From positions 806,001-870,000 of the forward strand of contig JBHGNT010000003.1 of NCBI GenBank assembly GCA_043228905.1: 64,000 nt of DNA, given 5' to 3'. The first letter of the stretch is position 1; every line of letters begins with the position of its first letter. The position numbers and the translations under genes are program-made. Under the pieces are notes generated by a model, which was not told the origin of the DNA, made no database searches, and was given only the letters and a program-made list of their open reading frames with translations. Source of the stretch: Azolla caroliniana. Lineage: Eukaryota; Plantae; Polypodiophyta. This document shows positions 51,801-63,816 of this stretch, one piece after another.

Positions 51801-52699
51801 ATTGGGATTTGTATATAATGTATTGATTTTAAACAAGACTTATCAAGCTAGTTATACTAGAAGTAAATTTGGCTCATTGCTTATGAGATATACTTCAAAG
51901 GGGTGATTTTAAGATTCACCTTACAAGAACCAATATTTTCTTTATAGTTTTAAGAAAAGTTGTTACCATATCCATCATAAGCAATACATAATCTTCATAA
52001 AGATGGGAGTTTAAGAAGAGACATACTAGATCCTAGATGATTGGCACATATTGACACCATCATTTAATTGAATCCTCAAACTTGCATTCCTATTACCATC
52101 AAGGATGAGAGCCTCTAAGTGTGTGAAACTCGAACTCTACAAAATCTCTCCCCATAGGGCTATGAAATAGAAAGACTCATGATCTATGCTAAAGATGGGA
52201 GCTTAGCATCTCAAAATGATGCGATCTTGTGTTTCCATTTCAAGGAGACTCAACCATGTGTACCTCATCCATTATCATAAGATCATCACCTAGCTTGAAA
52301 ATGATAATTTTGTTAGTAAAAGTTGTTGTGTTGACTAGTTGTGGTTCTCTTTGTCTGAGCTCAAATATCAGTTTTCAAATTCAAGGCTGCAAATTGTCTT
52401 ATTTTTTTGCAGCTTTTTGATGTGTCATGTTAGTAACTCAATAATTACCACATGTTAGAATGGTATTTTCGAAATGTTTTCATATGAAGATTACAACATT
52501 TCTCAAGAAACTTATGATCCACAATGCAAAAAATTCAACCCTAATAACTAAATTTGGTATTCAAACTTATAGTTAGGACCTACAATGCACTTAAAAAAAA
52601 GAGTATCACATGACAAGTTTCAACAAGATTCTTGCAAATTTTTTTAAGGATGTTTTTCATTATGCATACAAAAAGAAAATGTAATCAATAGTTGGGAGT

Positions 52700-53350
52700 A
52701 TTTTTTTGCAGTATGCTACAAAAACAGCATATTCCGACAAAAATCCAACAATACACGTAGCAAAGGCCACCTTGTTGGAGTGTTTTTCTTTTTTGTTTCA
52801 GGAGTGTTGATGGTGTGGACTTGGAAGCATTTTCTTGAGGGTCGACGAGAGTACATGTTTTGAAGCTTGGAGATTTTTAATGTTTTTAAGACACAACAAC
52901 TCAGGCCAAATGTGTTGCTGTCATCAGAAGACATTGCTCGACTTCAGACATTGGAATTAGTTGATAAAGTGATCACATTACAGGATTTATGAAGCTGGTT
53001 GATTTTGCATGGCTTTACAATATTCGAAGTAATATTAGACTATTTTGTACATGGCCTCTGGCCACTTTCATTTTAATACCAATGGAGGATATTTTTTCAG
53101 TAAAAAAAGAAGGCCACCTTGTTGGATTAATTTTCTGCAGTATGCTACAAAAGCAAGGCACATTCCGACAATACACATAGCAAAGGCCACCTTGTTGGAT
53201 TAAGTTGCTGCAGTATGCTACAAAAGCAGAGCACATTCCGACAATACACGTGGCAAAGGTATCTTGTCGGATTAATTTTCTGCAGTATGCTAAAAAACGG
53301 AGCACATTCCGCTAAAAATCGAACAATACACATAGCAAAGGTCACCTTAT
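52700..53350. repeat. about 70-bp minisatellite (tgcagtatgctacaaaa..gcacattccgacaatacac.tagcaaaggccaccttgttgga), interrupted
   Basis: One unit at ~52706-52779 and about three units at 53127-53350. Confidence 0.8.
52780..53109 (+). mobile_element. 330-bp retroposed insert with an A-rich 3' end and a 17-bp TSD
   Basis: AAGGCCACCTTGTTGGA at 52763-52779 and 53110-53126. The insert ends TAAAAAAAG. Removing the insert plus one copy of the TSD restores the minisatellite phase. Confidence 0.6.
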
Positions 53351-54074
53351 GAAAACAATCCACACTATCAAAATCTGAGGCCCATTTTTTAACTATGGAA
53401 AGCACATCACATCTCTGGTTTTGTGTATAGATATGATGTAGGGTATCACTACATTGCAATGCTTTGACCCAACAGATAAATTTGCATGTCCATATGCAAT
53501 AGACTGCATACATCATGTTTCCATGTATACCTAATGTGCATGACATCCGCATATAAAGTTGCCATGTCAAACCAGCTGATGGTAATCAATCAAACCACCC
53601 ATTACATTCAATCTTGCAATCAAAGGCAAGAAAAAGAGCAAATCATTTCATCACTTTGTGGTCTTTCCATTAGCTTAAAAGTTCAGAACGCATGTCATAA
53701 GCTCGATGCGCAAAATCATGGCATCACTTACGAAAAAGGGCTGTGCGTTATGCTTTTTTTTAGGCTGAATTTCCCAATTCTACATACAGACATAAAAGAG
53801 ATTTGATAGCATTAGTTTGGAAGTCCTTGTCATGCCAGCAAGTGCCGTCTCTTCATTCCAATTTCTTGGCACACACGCCTTATACTTTTGAGAATCCACT
53901 TTATGCACATTTGACACCTGTTTGTTCAGCTTTTCTTAAACTGACTTTATTTACTCAAATCACTTACAATGTATCTTAATCCTCTGTACTGTCACAAACC
54001 TGTTGTGCACCCTTTGGCAAATCAAATAGGATCAAACCAATAGTGTTGTGTGTAAATATCAATGCACATATAAT

Positions 54075-54337
54075 ATAGGATCACAACAATGTAGGTGTTG
54101 TAAAAGGATCCGAGGAACAGGAACAGGAACAGGACCAAACCCATAGTGTTTGGTGTGCAAGGAATGTTTGATATGATCCTGTTCCTCAGATCCTTATACT
54201 ATTGATTTGATAGGAACTGTTTGATATGATCATGTTCCTCAGATCCTTATACTATCGATATGATCCTAAAGCGTAGGACACTTTTAACCATTTTATGTTG
54301 TCAATCCTTTACAACACCTACATGGTTGTGATCCTAT
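54075..54337. mobile_element. MITE-like element with about 33-bp inverted repeats
   Basis: ataggatcacaacaatgtaggtgttgtaaaagga versus tcctttacaacacctacatggttgtgatcctat (1 mismatch, 1 indel), with internal GGAACA/GATCCT repeats. TSD not identified. Confidence 0.55.
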
Positions 54338-55139
54338 TCATGTTTAGGTTCTCGGAAACCAAATTCGATCCATGGCGAAATGAAATTAAAGAAAAATCCA
54401 TTGATAATACCAATAATACATACCAGGCACAAATGACATATATACTAATTAGGGATCTCCATAGTGAGAAACATTAAGATACCAACATAGCTAACAACAT
54501 TAATACTGAAATTTCCAAACCAATGTTTTAGACTGTCATGTCCATGCATAGACATGGATCAATATGAACAAAGAATTATAATAAGGGTTTTGGTTTCAAG
54601 CCAAAAGAACATAGAGGGCATAAATGATGCCGGGAAGGTAACCCAGTAAGGTTAAGACCAAGCAGATCCAGAATTCCACCTATATACACAAAAGAAATAG
54701 AAAAGCACAGTCAGATATTAGGGTTTGACCAAAATATCAAACTACTGCATTTATTGGAAAACCCCATCAAAAGCACTATTTTTTAATTTACAAAGATCAG
54801 GGTTACAAATTTGGGTAGCAAACACTTGGATAACATATGTAAAGATTACAAGTTCAGGTAGATTTGAATTACACATCTCTGCAGGTTAGGTCTGAAATTT
54901 TGGGCTAACAAATCTATGGGTAGAAAAATACTTAAGAGTGAAATAGATTAGGGTTCGGGTTACAAAATTTCGGTGACAAAAGAATTGGGGTTAGAGAAAA
55001 AAAAACACATTAGGGTTTAGAAAAGGTTTAGAACGTGAAGGAGAAAGAGATGATCTTACCCCACATCCGAACCTTAAGAAGACACCCACAGGAGGCAGGA
55101 GGATTGAAAGCACAACCTCAACGAATGTTGCAGTACCCA

Positions 55140-55510
55140 TCTTCTTCTTCTTCTTTTTCTTCTTCTTCTTCTTCTTCTTCCTTCTTCCTTCTTCTTCCTT
55201 CAGGCTTCCACTTCTCTGTCTCTTCTGCGTCTTTATGCTTTCTCTAAGCTTTTTGGCCCACGTGGAGTGTGTGTATGTGTGAGAAAACTCCTATTTCATA
55301 CAGTATATGTATATGTATATGTATATGTGTAATATGTATACCGTATACGTATATTTGTATGTGTATATGTATTTGAATACATATGTATGTGTAATATATG
55401 TATATATATGTATGTATATGTGTAATATGTATACCGTATACCGTATATGTATTTGTATTTGTATTTGTATTTGTATATGTATTATATATGTATATGTGTA
55501 ATATCTTTCA
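55140..55510. repeat. (CTT)n run followed by a degenerate (TATATG)n low-complexity tract
   Basis: Directly visible at 55140-55200 and 55300-55505. Confidence 0.85.
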
Positions 55511-57474
55511 GCTTCTTTTAACAACTCATATTAGTTGTCGTTGGCCATGTAGGAGGAAGAAAGAAGTGTTCTGATTGTATCTCTGGAGAGAATCTTTATA
55601 TATATATATATTATTGGGCTTTTTTTTTCACATGTTCATGACAACATGTTGATGTGAAAAACCATTGGTTCTGTAATAGCCTTCACAGGGGCCACTCATT
55701 TGCAGCCTCTTGTTGATGGGATCCATTCTGTTGATCGATTACATTGTTTGGACACATAAATTGGGACTTACTGAGTAGTATTGGCCCTTTGAGTTATGTT
55801 TAAGGTATCTTTGGAGGTGTGGCTTTGGACCATCAGCCTTCCTTGCATCTCGTGTGCAGTTTGAGAATTATCATTGGGCCAGGTTCTTGTATATTGCAAG
55901 ACCTCGAGTTATAACATTAAGTTATTGTGGAGGCCTAGCGAGACTAGTAACATAATGTCGTGTACCTTATTGGTGAAATACAAGTGGGACAAGATTTTAT
56001 ATTTGTAGGGAAAATTTGTTGTAGCATAACTAATTTGTTACATTTTTTCATACATGATCGATGATGTTGGGAAAAAAATGACTATATCTTGATGTGCATA
56101 ACCCTAACCAAAGGTTTATGGTTGTTATTAGTTTGTGCATTCATAATTCTTATTTGATTGCTTTTCAGGTTTAATTTCTCACAAATTGAATTTGATCATA
56201 TTAATTGCGACCATTTAGTTTAATTTGTGAACAGTCCGATTTGTAATATGGTACTTGAATTTGACATGAATGGAAAATATAAAACTCCCAGTATTTTGGT
56301 TGAGTCAAGACTTCAAACTAATGCTTCAACACACACAAAATTGACTCAAAGTTGGCAAAACTTGTAGTAATTAGGGCATAGCATACTTTTGATCAATGAA
56401 GATTAAGCATCCAACCTACAACTTGATGATCCAAAGCTGAAAAGTTAAAACCTACCAAATTCATTTGTTTTCTTGAGTTCTTCTATGTTTTCTACATTGA
56501 AGTTCAACACTCCTAAGTTGAGGTAAGCAAAAAAATTAATATTATACTAGGTAGATGGGACATATTTTATGGTTTCATGTCACAACCTCAACCAAAAGCA
56601 CTCCGAGCTTATGGGCTTTCTTCACATCTTTTATTATTGAAGAAAATTGATATGCGCCCAACGTGTTTCATGCTAGCAAGACATACTCAAACTACCTATC
56701 TTTTTTAATGTTGAAAACCAATGAGGAAGATCACTTGAGTAAATGTTTTGTATTCCTCTCTTTGGCATAAATGAATTGAAAGCATTGCAAAGCTATTGTT
56801 TCACTACATAATGTCAAGGTCATAAAGATATTGGTTTACGAGAATGATTTATCCTCACGATCTCAAACTAGGAGTACAACGAGTTTCGAGATGACTCTAA
56901 GAACAAACCGTCATTAGAAGCCTCAATGCAAGACAAGGCTTCTTTACCAAAAAAGCCAATGACAATATGTATGTTCATATATTTGAATTTTCGGGTTTGA
57001 GTCTAAGACCCTCCAGAGTTCGGATTGTATTATGCATAAAAGGTGAATGCCATCACATTGTGCTTCAACAAAGGACATCTAGTTCCCTTTAAAATGCTCA
57101 AAGCCTCTTATATAATGCATAAATGTATTGCCTTTACATTCGCACATCGAGTCTAATCCCCTCCCCCCCCTCCCCTTGAGAATGTGAAGATTTCTATTCT
57201 CATGGAAGATTCTAAGTACTACGTTTGTTTCCTCCGTCAAGGTAATAATGATGCAAAAACCCTAAACCGATGTTGCAACCTTGCGATGAGATGGAAATTA
57301 AAACAATTGAGAGAATGGTGATCGACATATAATGACGAGATAGATACTAAATGAAAACTTATCTTACATCAAGTATATATTATTATGCTCCTCCAACTTG
57401 ACTAAAGCACAAACTAGTCTTTATTTGTAAAAAATCGAAGGTAATGCTTGGCTTTCTCGCCTTACAATGCCAAA

Positions 57475-57705
57475 TGTGGATGTGATGAATTACAAGGCTC
57501 ACTTCTTTTGATGCTTTAATTGGAATGCATACATTTTGATTTGAACAAACTCAACGTGGATGTGATGGATTACAATGCTCACTTCTTTTGATGCTTTAAC
57601 TAGAATGCATACATTTTGATTTGAACAAACTCGATGTGGATGTGATGGATTATAATGCTCGCTTCTTTTGATGCTTTAATTGGAATGCATATATTTTGAT
57701 TTGAA
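57475..57705. repeat. 80-bp tandem repeat, about 3 copies
   Basis: 'gtggatgtgatg.attacaa.gctcacttcttttgatgctttaa.t.gaatgcatacattttgatttgaacaaactc' occurs three times. Confidence 0.9.
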
Positions 57706-58205
57706 ATGACTCGTCGCTCGAGTAAACTAGGGCTGAAAATAGAAGGATGGAACCTTTTGTATTGGCTTATACACCTCCAACATGTTTAATCCCTAGAAAT
57801 AGACTAAACAATATGTTCCACATATGACAAAAAGTAATGCACTTACATAAGATGGTATGAATTGAAATATACGAGTTATATATCTCAAGGATCATATTAA
57901 AGAGGCATTACTTACAAGGTTAACATCTTCGGCATATATGCATATACGCATACACTAGAGAAAATTGTATTGTCTTGGGAGTTCTAGCTTTAACTCGAAA
58001 AGCTATAATATTCTCATATGTACAAATGATGGAGGATATATCGGTAGTGTTTATATAACAGTAATTGACTATGGGAATTAATTGCCATTGTATGTGTGTA
58101 ATGTGAGTTGTGTTAACGTTATATCTATATTGGACATCGGGTATATTTATAAATATTTATACTCCATCTAGATGGAATGCAACTTCATTTTGCATTTATC
58201 TCATT

Positions 58206-61200
58206 TTACGTTGAATCTCTAAAATTCTCCAATGATTCTTCTACGAGCTCAACGAGGAGAGGATCATCGCAAAACTCTTCAGTCGAATCTCTAATATTCT
58301 CCAATGATTTTTCTATAAGCTCAACGAGGAGAGGATCATCGCAAAACTCTTCAGAACTCATCCCAACAATGGCATCAATCGTCTTACACTCTTCATCGCC
58401 CCCAATCACCCCTTCACAATTCAATGCTTCTTCATCACGTTTGGTGCCCCTCACCATCTAGCATTTCAAAATTCAAAAGCAATGTGGGGTTTAGATAAAA
58501 ATGGCTCTCGAATATATAAGTTTATGAACATTCCACGTGACACAAACTCACATATCGATTGCTTTGGAGATTGAAATAAAGTTGCATTTGATCACCCTCT
58601 TTAAGATTGTACGACTTCACAAAATTACCTGCGGAAAAAGACCAATGAGAAAACAAAAATACATAAGAATGCCATCTTGTAGAGGATTTTATGCATCTAC
58701 ATGTGCATTTTTACCAGTGTTTTCGAGTAGGTACATTCGGCTCTTGTTGTTGGGCCAAAACCTAGACATATACAAGAAATGATCAGATATTTTTACATTG
58801 AGATAAACTTCTTCGCTAAGTAAACTTTCATTTTGATACTGTCCTAGCCTCACCGGTATCGCATATTCCATACTCTAGGCGACCCGAAATCCTCGACTTC
58901 TAGGTTCATACCGTCCCTTGATTCAAGATATGGTAAATAGCTTTCCGCAGCTTTCTACACAAACAATGCAAAATCAATGCATTACTAAACCGCCCATTAG
59001 GAGAATATTTCATTTATAGAACAAGAAGCTCCCTGGAAGCAGTTTCTAAAACCACCCATTAGGAAACTATTTTCATTTACAAAACTACAAACTCATGGGG
59101 AGTAGTTTCTAAAAGCACCCATTAGGCAAAATTTCCATACATAGCAAAAACAAGCTATTTGAAGAAAAGGGTGCTTGTAAATAGTGGTGGTGGTGGTGGT
59201 GGTAGTAGTGCAAGGATTTACAATAGAACATATAGGTAGTGTCCAAAACCACCAATAATATATATGAGTAGTATCTAAAACCAGCCATGATGCCAGTGTC
59301 CTCTCTCTCAGGCAATCACTCACCTTGGGCAATACAATTCTGCCAAGATTTCCTACATCACTTTGTTTCAACTCCTTGTGGAAAAGCAATCTTGCATCCT
59401 CGCCAAGTTCCTTAATGCACTGCATTAAGAAACCAATACACCATGATTAGCACATGTTATATAATTAGAAACCAAAAAGTATCCGTTCGCGAATGTTAAT
59501 ATAAACACCAAACCAAAAAGGATTGGTTTGTATTAGAAACATAAACCAACATTAGCACATGCTAGAAACCAGAAACATGGGAGCCAAAAACATTGTACCA
59601 AGTTCTAAACATGCTTCAAAACATTAGCACAAGCTAGAAACCAGAAACATGGGGCCCAAGACATTGTACAAGTTCTAAACATACTTCAAAACATTAGCAT
59701 ATGCTAGAAACCAGAAACATGGGGCCCAAGACATTGTACCAAGTTCTAAACAGACTTCAAAAACATTAGCACATGCTAGAAACCAGAAACATGGGGCCGA
59801 AGACATTGTACAAGTTCTAAACATTCTTCAAAAGCATAAAGAGATAAAACAGACATGGGAGAGAGTGATCACACATGATGTGAATCGATACTAAATGACC
59901 GTTCGATTGGCCAAGGGACGGGCACCATCGTCGGATCGACAATTTGCGATGACTTGTCCATCATTTGAGACCATGATGAAACATCTGTCCAATATTGCCC
60001 ATGTCCAGAAGCATCGGGAAATGATACGTCGCGTTGATGCCGATGCCTACGTTGGTTCATCGAGGGGTTAACTGCATTAACTGCCCATTTGCGGCTTCTC
60101 CGAACACTCAACCGCTTCCTCTCCATCCGGCTCTTCCTGGCCGCGCGAGTCGTAGCTGCCGGATTTAGTTTACCATTGTATTGCTCCTCTCCTTGCCTCA
60201 TCCTCATTAAGCTCGATCGGTAAGTATCACTACAATTGATATCATCATTAGGATTATATTCATTGCCCCATAAGAGAGATCCTTCCATAGTCACGGATGA
60301 CGAAGATGATGAAGGAGAGCTAGAACACGGGACACGGTTTCGTCGAAACCTAGAAGCTTGTTCAATCCAAGTCTTATCTGAAGGATCGCGAGTAAAAGCG
60401 AAATTCGCACCACATCCAGCACGATGAGTCGGAACCCACCATGGATCTAGACCATCTGATCTATCATTACATTCATAGGAGTCTATATGATTCATCATAC
60501 TGTTGACATGAGGATCATAACTAAAACCTTTGGGACAGCCAAATTGCTCTGTTCCTAGAAAGCTGAGGTTACAAGGTACTTCTATCTCTCCACCTTGCTT
60601 GATATTGTCACAATTCTGAACCCACATGAGCACAGACTTGATGAAAAGCATTAATCCTTTCTTTCCACCACCAAGCTTCCTTGTAGCATTCTCTATTGTA
60701 GAGGTTTTTAGCTTGATTCTCCTCAAATCCTCCAATGAAATTGCATGAGAATTATTTCTAAGCCATTGACCAAACATGTGAGAAATGGATTCTCCTTCTC
60801 CTTCTTGTTCACCTTCTTCATCATCATCTTCTTCTTCTTCTTCGACAATACCATCATGGTTAACTACTTCTCCATGTAGTATATCCTCTTCTCGGGTCAA
60901 TGAAGGAGACAGGTACTCGAGCTCTTCTCCCATAGACCATGAATCATGCATCATTTGTGGTAGTATAGATTCTTGTGAAGTTAGATCATTCAAGCTGGGG
61001 AACATATCATTCAATCCATGGCTAGAATCATCTACAATCTCTTGTGGGGTTAACTCCGATTGCAAAAAAAGCTCGCCCGCGAGCATATCCACGAGGAAGT
61101 CATCGCTACCCCCAGAAGCAACCAAGGCTTCTTTGGAAACAGAGCATGAATTCTCCTTTGCAAACAACTTCACTTCTTTCTCCTCCATGGAAGGGATGCA

Positions 61201-61254
61201 AGAGGGCAAGTAAGTAGAAACAGAGCATACATTGGTACAAGGTGGGAATGCCAT
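58206..61254 (-). CDS. ABI3: ABI3/VP1 B3-domain transcription factor, 6 exons, 650 aa
   Basis: Exons on the minus strand: 61254-59875, 59419-59324, 58954-58854, 58761-58715, 58628-58552 and 58457-58206, all GT-AG and in frame (1953 nt). The 101/47/77-nt B3 exons are typical of ABI3. B1 'FGQWLRNNSHAISLEDLRRIKLKTSTIENATRKLGGGKKGLM...WVQN', B2 'ATTRAARKSRMERKR', B3 'LFHKELKQSDVGNLGRIVLPKKAAE...[34 protein letters not shown]'. Confidence 0.93.
58210..58353 (-). repeat. 72-bp coding tandem duplication at the ABI3 C-terminus
   Basis: SEEFCDDPLLVELIEKSLENIRDS / TEEFCDDPLLVELVEESLENFRDS. Confidence 0.9.
59548..59832. repeat. about 71-bp minisatellite, 4 copies, in ABI3 intron 1
   Basis: Units start at about 59548, 59620, 59690 and 59762 (aacattagcacatgctagaaaccagaaacatgggg...). 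Confidence 0.92.
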
Positions 61255-61523
61255 TGCAGGTGATGATGAATGGTGTTGAAGATGAATGATAGTAGTTCAG
61301 TTGATGTTTGATGGTTAAAGAGTGAGTAGCAAGTCAGAGCAAACATCTCATTTTTCTCTCTCTCTACACATATATGTCTATATATGTCTCTGAGGATAGA
61401 GCAAGCTTAGCTTTCTTTCCTAGTTTCTACTTCCAGAAGCTCTCCTCCTCCTCCTCTCTCTCTCTGACTTCTAGTGTTTTATGCCATAATTTCAATCTGT
61501 CCCAAATTGGAAAGAAGTCTGAT

Positions 61524-61529
61524 CACGTG
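61524..61529. promoter_or_regulatory. G-box (CACGTG) 270 bp upstream of the ABI3 ATG
   Basis: Motif match within palindromic ATCACGTGAT. Function untested. Confidence 0.3.
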
Positions 61530-61539
61530 ATAGGGAAGA

Positions 61540-62300
61540 CATTCACACTTTCACCTCTAAAACTTACCCTTGTAGGGTAACTATGGAGACAAAGTTTAAC
61601 TCTTAAGACATTTGGAGCTCTAAAACTAACCTTTTGTAGGGTGATTATGGATACAAAGTTTAACTCTAAGAGATTTGGAGAACCGAAATTACCTATGTAA
61701 GGTAACTATGGACACAAAGTTTAACTTTGAGAGATTTGGAGCTATGAAACTTACCTATGCATGGTAACTATGGAGACAAAGTTTAACTCTAAGAGATTTG
61801 GAGCTATAAAACTTACCTATGCATGGTAACTATGGAGACAAAGTTTAACTCTAAGAGATTTGGAGCTATAAAACTTACCTTTGTAGGGTAACTATAGAGA
61901 CAAGTTTAGCTCTAAGAGTAACTATGGAGACAAATTTTAGAGATTTGGAGCTCTAAAACTTACCTTTGTAGGGTACGTATAGAGACAATATTTTAACTCT
62001 TTAGAGACTTGGAGTCTAAATGCCATTCACACTTCTTTACCTCTAAAACTTATCTTTGTAGGTAACTATAGAGACAAAGTTTAACTCTTGGAGATTTGGA
62101 GTAGGAAGCCATTCACACTTTACATTTAAAACTTACCTTAGAGATGTGGAGACAGAAGCCATTCACCTCTACCTCTAAAACTTACCTTTGTCAGGTAACT
62201 ATAGAGACAAAGTTAAATCTTATAGATGTGGAGTTGGAAGTGATTCACGCTTTACTTCAATATTACCTTTGTAGGGTAATTGTAGAGACAAAGTTAACTT
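61540..62300. repeat. about 62-bp minisatellite array (about 11 degenerate units) in the ABI3 promoter
   Basis: Unit ctaaaacttacctttgtagggtaactatggagacaaagtttaactctaagagatttggag. Confidence 0.92.
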
Positions 62301-62309
62301 TCGATGGGT

Positions 62310-63050
62310 ATATACGGCTTTTGTGACAAGAGTCTACTTGGACTCAATGATGGATATGTTATATGATTTTTTCGACAAGAGCTTGTGAGGACTTGTAATA
62401 AGATCTTTCCTACATAATGCGGGCCATCTATTAGCATGTTCTTGTCGTTTCCTTTTGTGTGGAGCCACTTTATGTGTGGCCTTTTCAATATGGGTTGAAT
62501 AAGTGGCATGCATTTCTCGACCATCACGTGGGTTGCAGCCATCTTGAGTAATGGTTGCTCACATCCTCTCTTATTTGTCTCATGAAGTTGTGCATCGTTA
62601 TCCCCAATATGATATCCTCCATCATTATCCTAAAGGTGAACTTAGAGATGACAACGTTGGCTTCATGCCTAATCAAACACAACAAATGACATTTGGCTTT
62701 AGGAGTAGAGTCCCATCAATTTGTCTAGTATTTTTTCATGCAGTGGCATCTAGTGAATTACCACATGACATTATATGGTCATGCCCGTAACACATATCGA
62801 CACGCTCGACCCCAAGGTTCACAATTTTAAATGCATAGCTCAACGTTTAAGAAAAATTCCTTTAGTAATTAGGCAAGTTCTTGTTTGTACCCAAACAACA
62901 AGGAAACTTATAACGAAAGTTCCATTAAGACTAGGAGAGAAGATACATTTCTTGGAGGAATGGTTACTTGCACTGAACACCAATGCATGGATTGAATTTC
63001 ATTATGCTGCTTGAAAGTATAATTCTCTGCGAAATCTACTATTGAGACTA
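62310..63050 (-). mobile_element. decayed Gypsy integrase-like remnant
   Basis: Minus-strand 'GGYHIG' and 'CMPLIQPILKRPHIKW' loosely match the integrase zinc-binding/core junction (GGH..G; MPL.PI...PF.KW). Confidence 0.25.
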
Positions 63051-63676
63051 TTACATCATTTGGAAAACCAGATATGCAAATCTTAAACTAGATGGGCCTA
63101 CCATGAATAAATGAAGTTGTGCAAATGATTGTGTTGTGCTTGTATATGATGGGATCATAAATGAATCCTCCAGTTGTGCAAATGAATCATCGAGACATTG
63201 TGTTGTGCTTGTATATGATGGAATCGTAATGTGCTCCATGGGATGGGCATGGGGATGTGGGTTGTTTTGGGTGGGTGGGTCTAACATTGTTCTTACTCCA
63301 GTAGGATAAAACTTTTAGTGTTGACTATGGGATTTGCTAGCTTCCATGCACTAGAGATCCATGTCACGCATAAGCATGTATAGGTCGTACAAATAATGAT
63401 ACTCGTCATGCACAAAATTATAAGAAATTAAAATTACAAACTAATATGATTACGTATGAACCTCTGAACTTTCTACACCAAGTGCTCACTCCAAACTTTG
63501 GATGTGCCCAATGACAAAGCCACTCAAGAGTATACCTAACTTCCTCAATGCAAAGTAATAGTTCCTATATTCTTCGTTTGTTTGTCATTCTAAGAAAGAA
63601 TGTTCTTTGGTTCATCATATGATTTGTTTCCCGTAAAGGTATAAATTATTGAGGTGAAGTCTATGGTTTCTTATTT

Positions 63677-63816
63677 GGGAAAAGTACCAGGATACCCTTG
63701 GAAGTTCGTCTATTTACCATAATGCCCCTGGAAGTTCCAAATTTACCAAACTACCCCTATGTCCAAAAAATTACACTTTATAGACGAACTTCTAGGGGTA
63801 TCCTGGTACTTTTCCC
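63677..63816. mobile_element. 140-bp Mutator-like (MULE) MITE
   Basis: 37-bp TIRs GGGAAAAGTACCAGGATACCCTTGGAAGTTCGTCTAT / ATAGACGAACTTCTAGGGGTATCCTGGTACTTTTCCC (2 mismatches). Perfect 9-bp TSD TTCTTATTT at 63668-63676 and 63817-63825. Confidence 0.92.

Noticed and set aside
61540-62300. Partly palindromic regular repeats resembling CRISPR
   Set aside because: The units are contiguous with no unique spacers, so this is a minisatellite.
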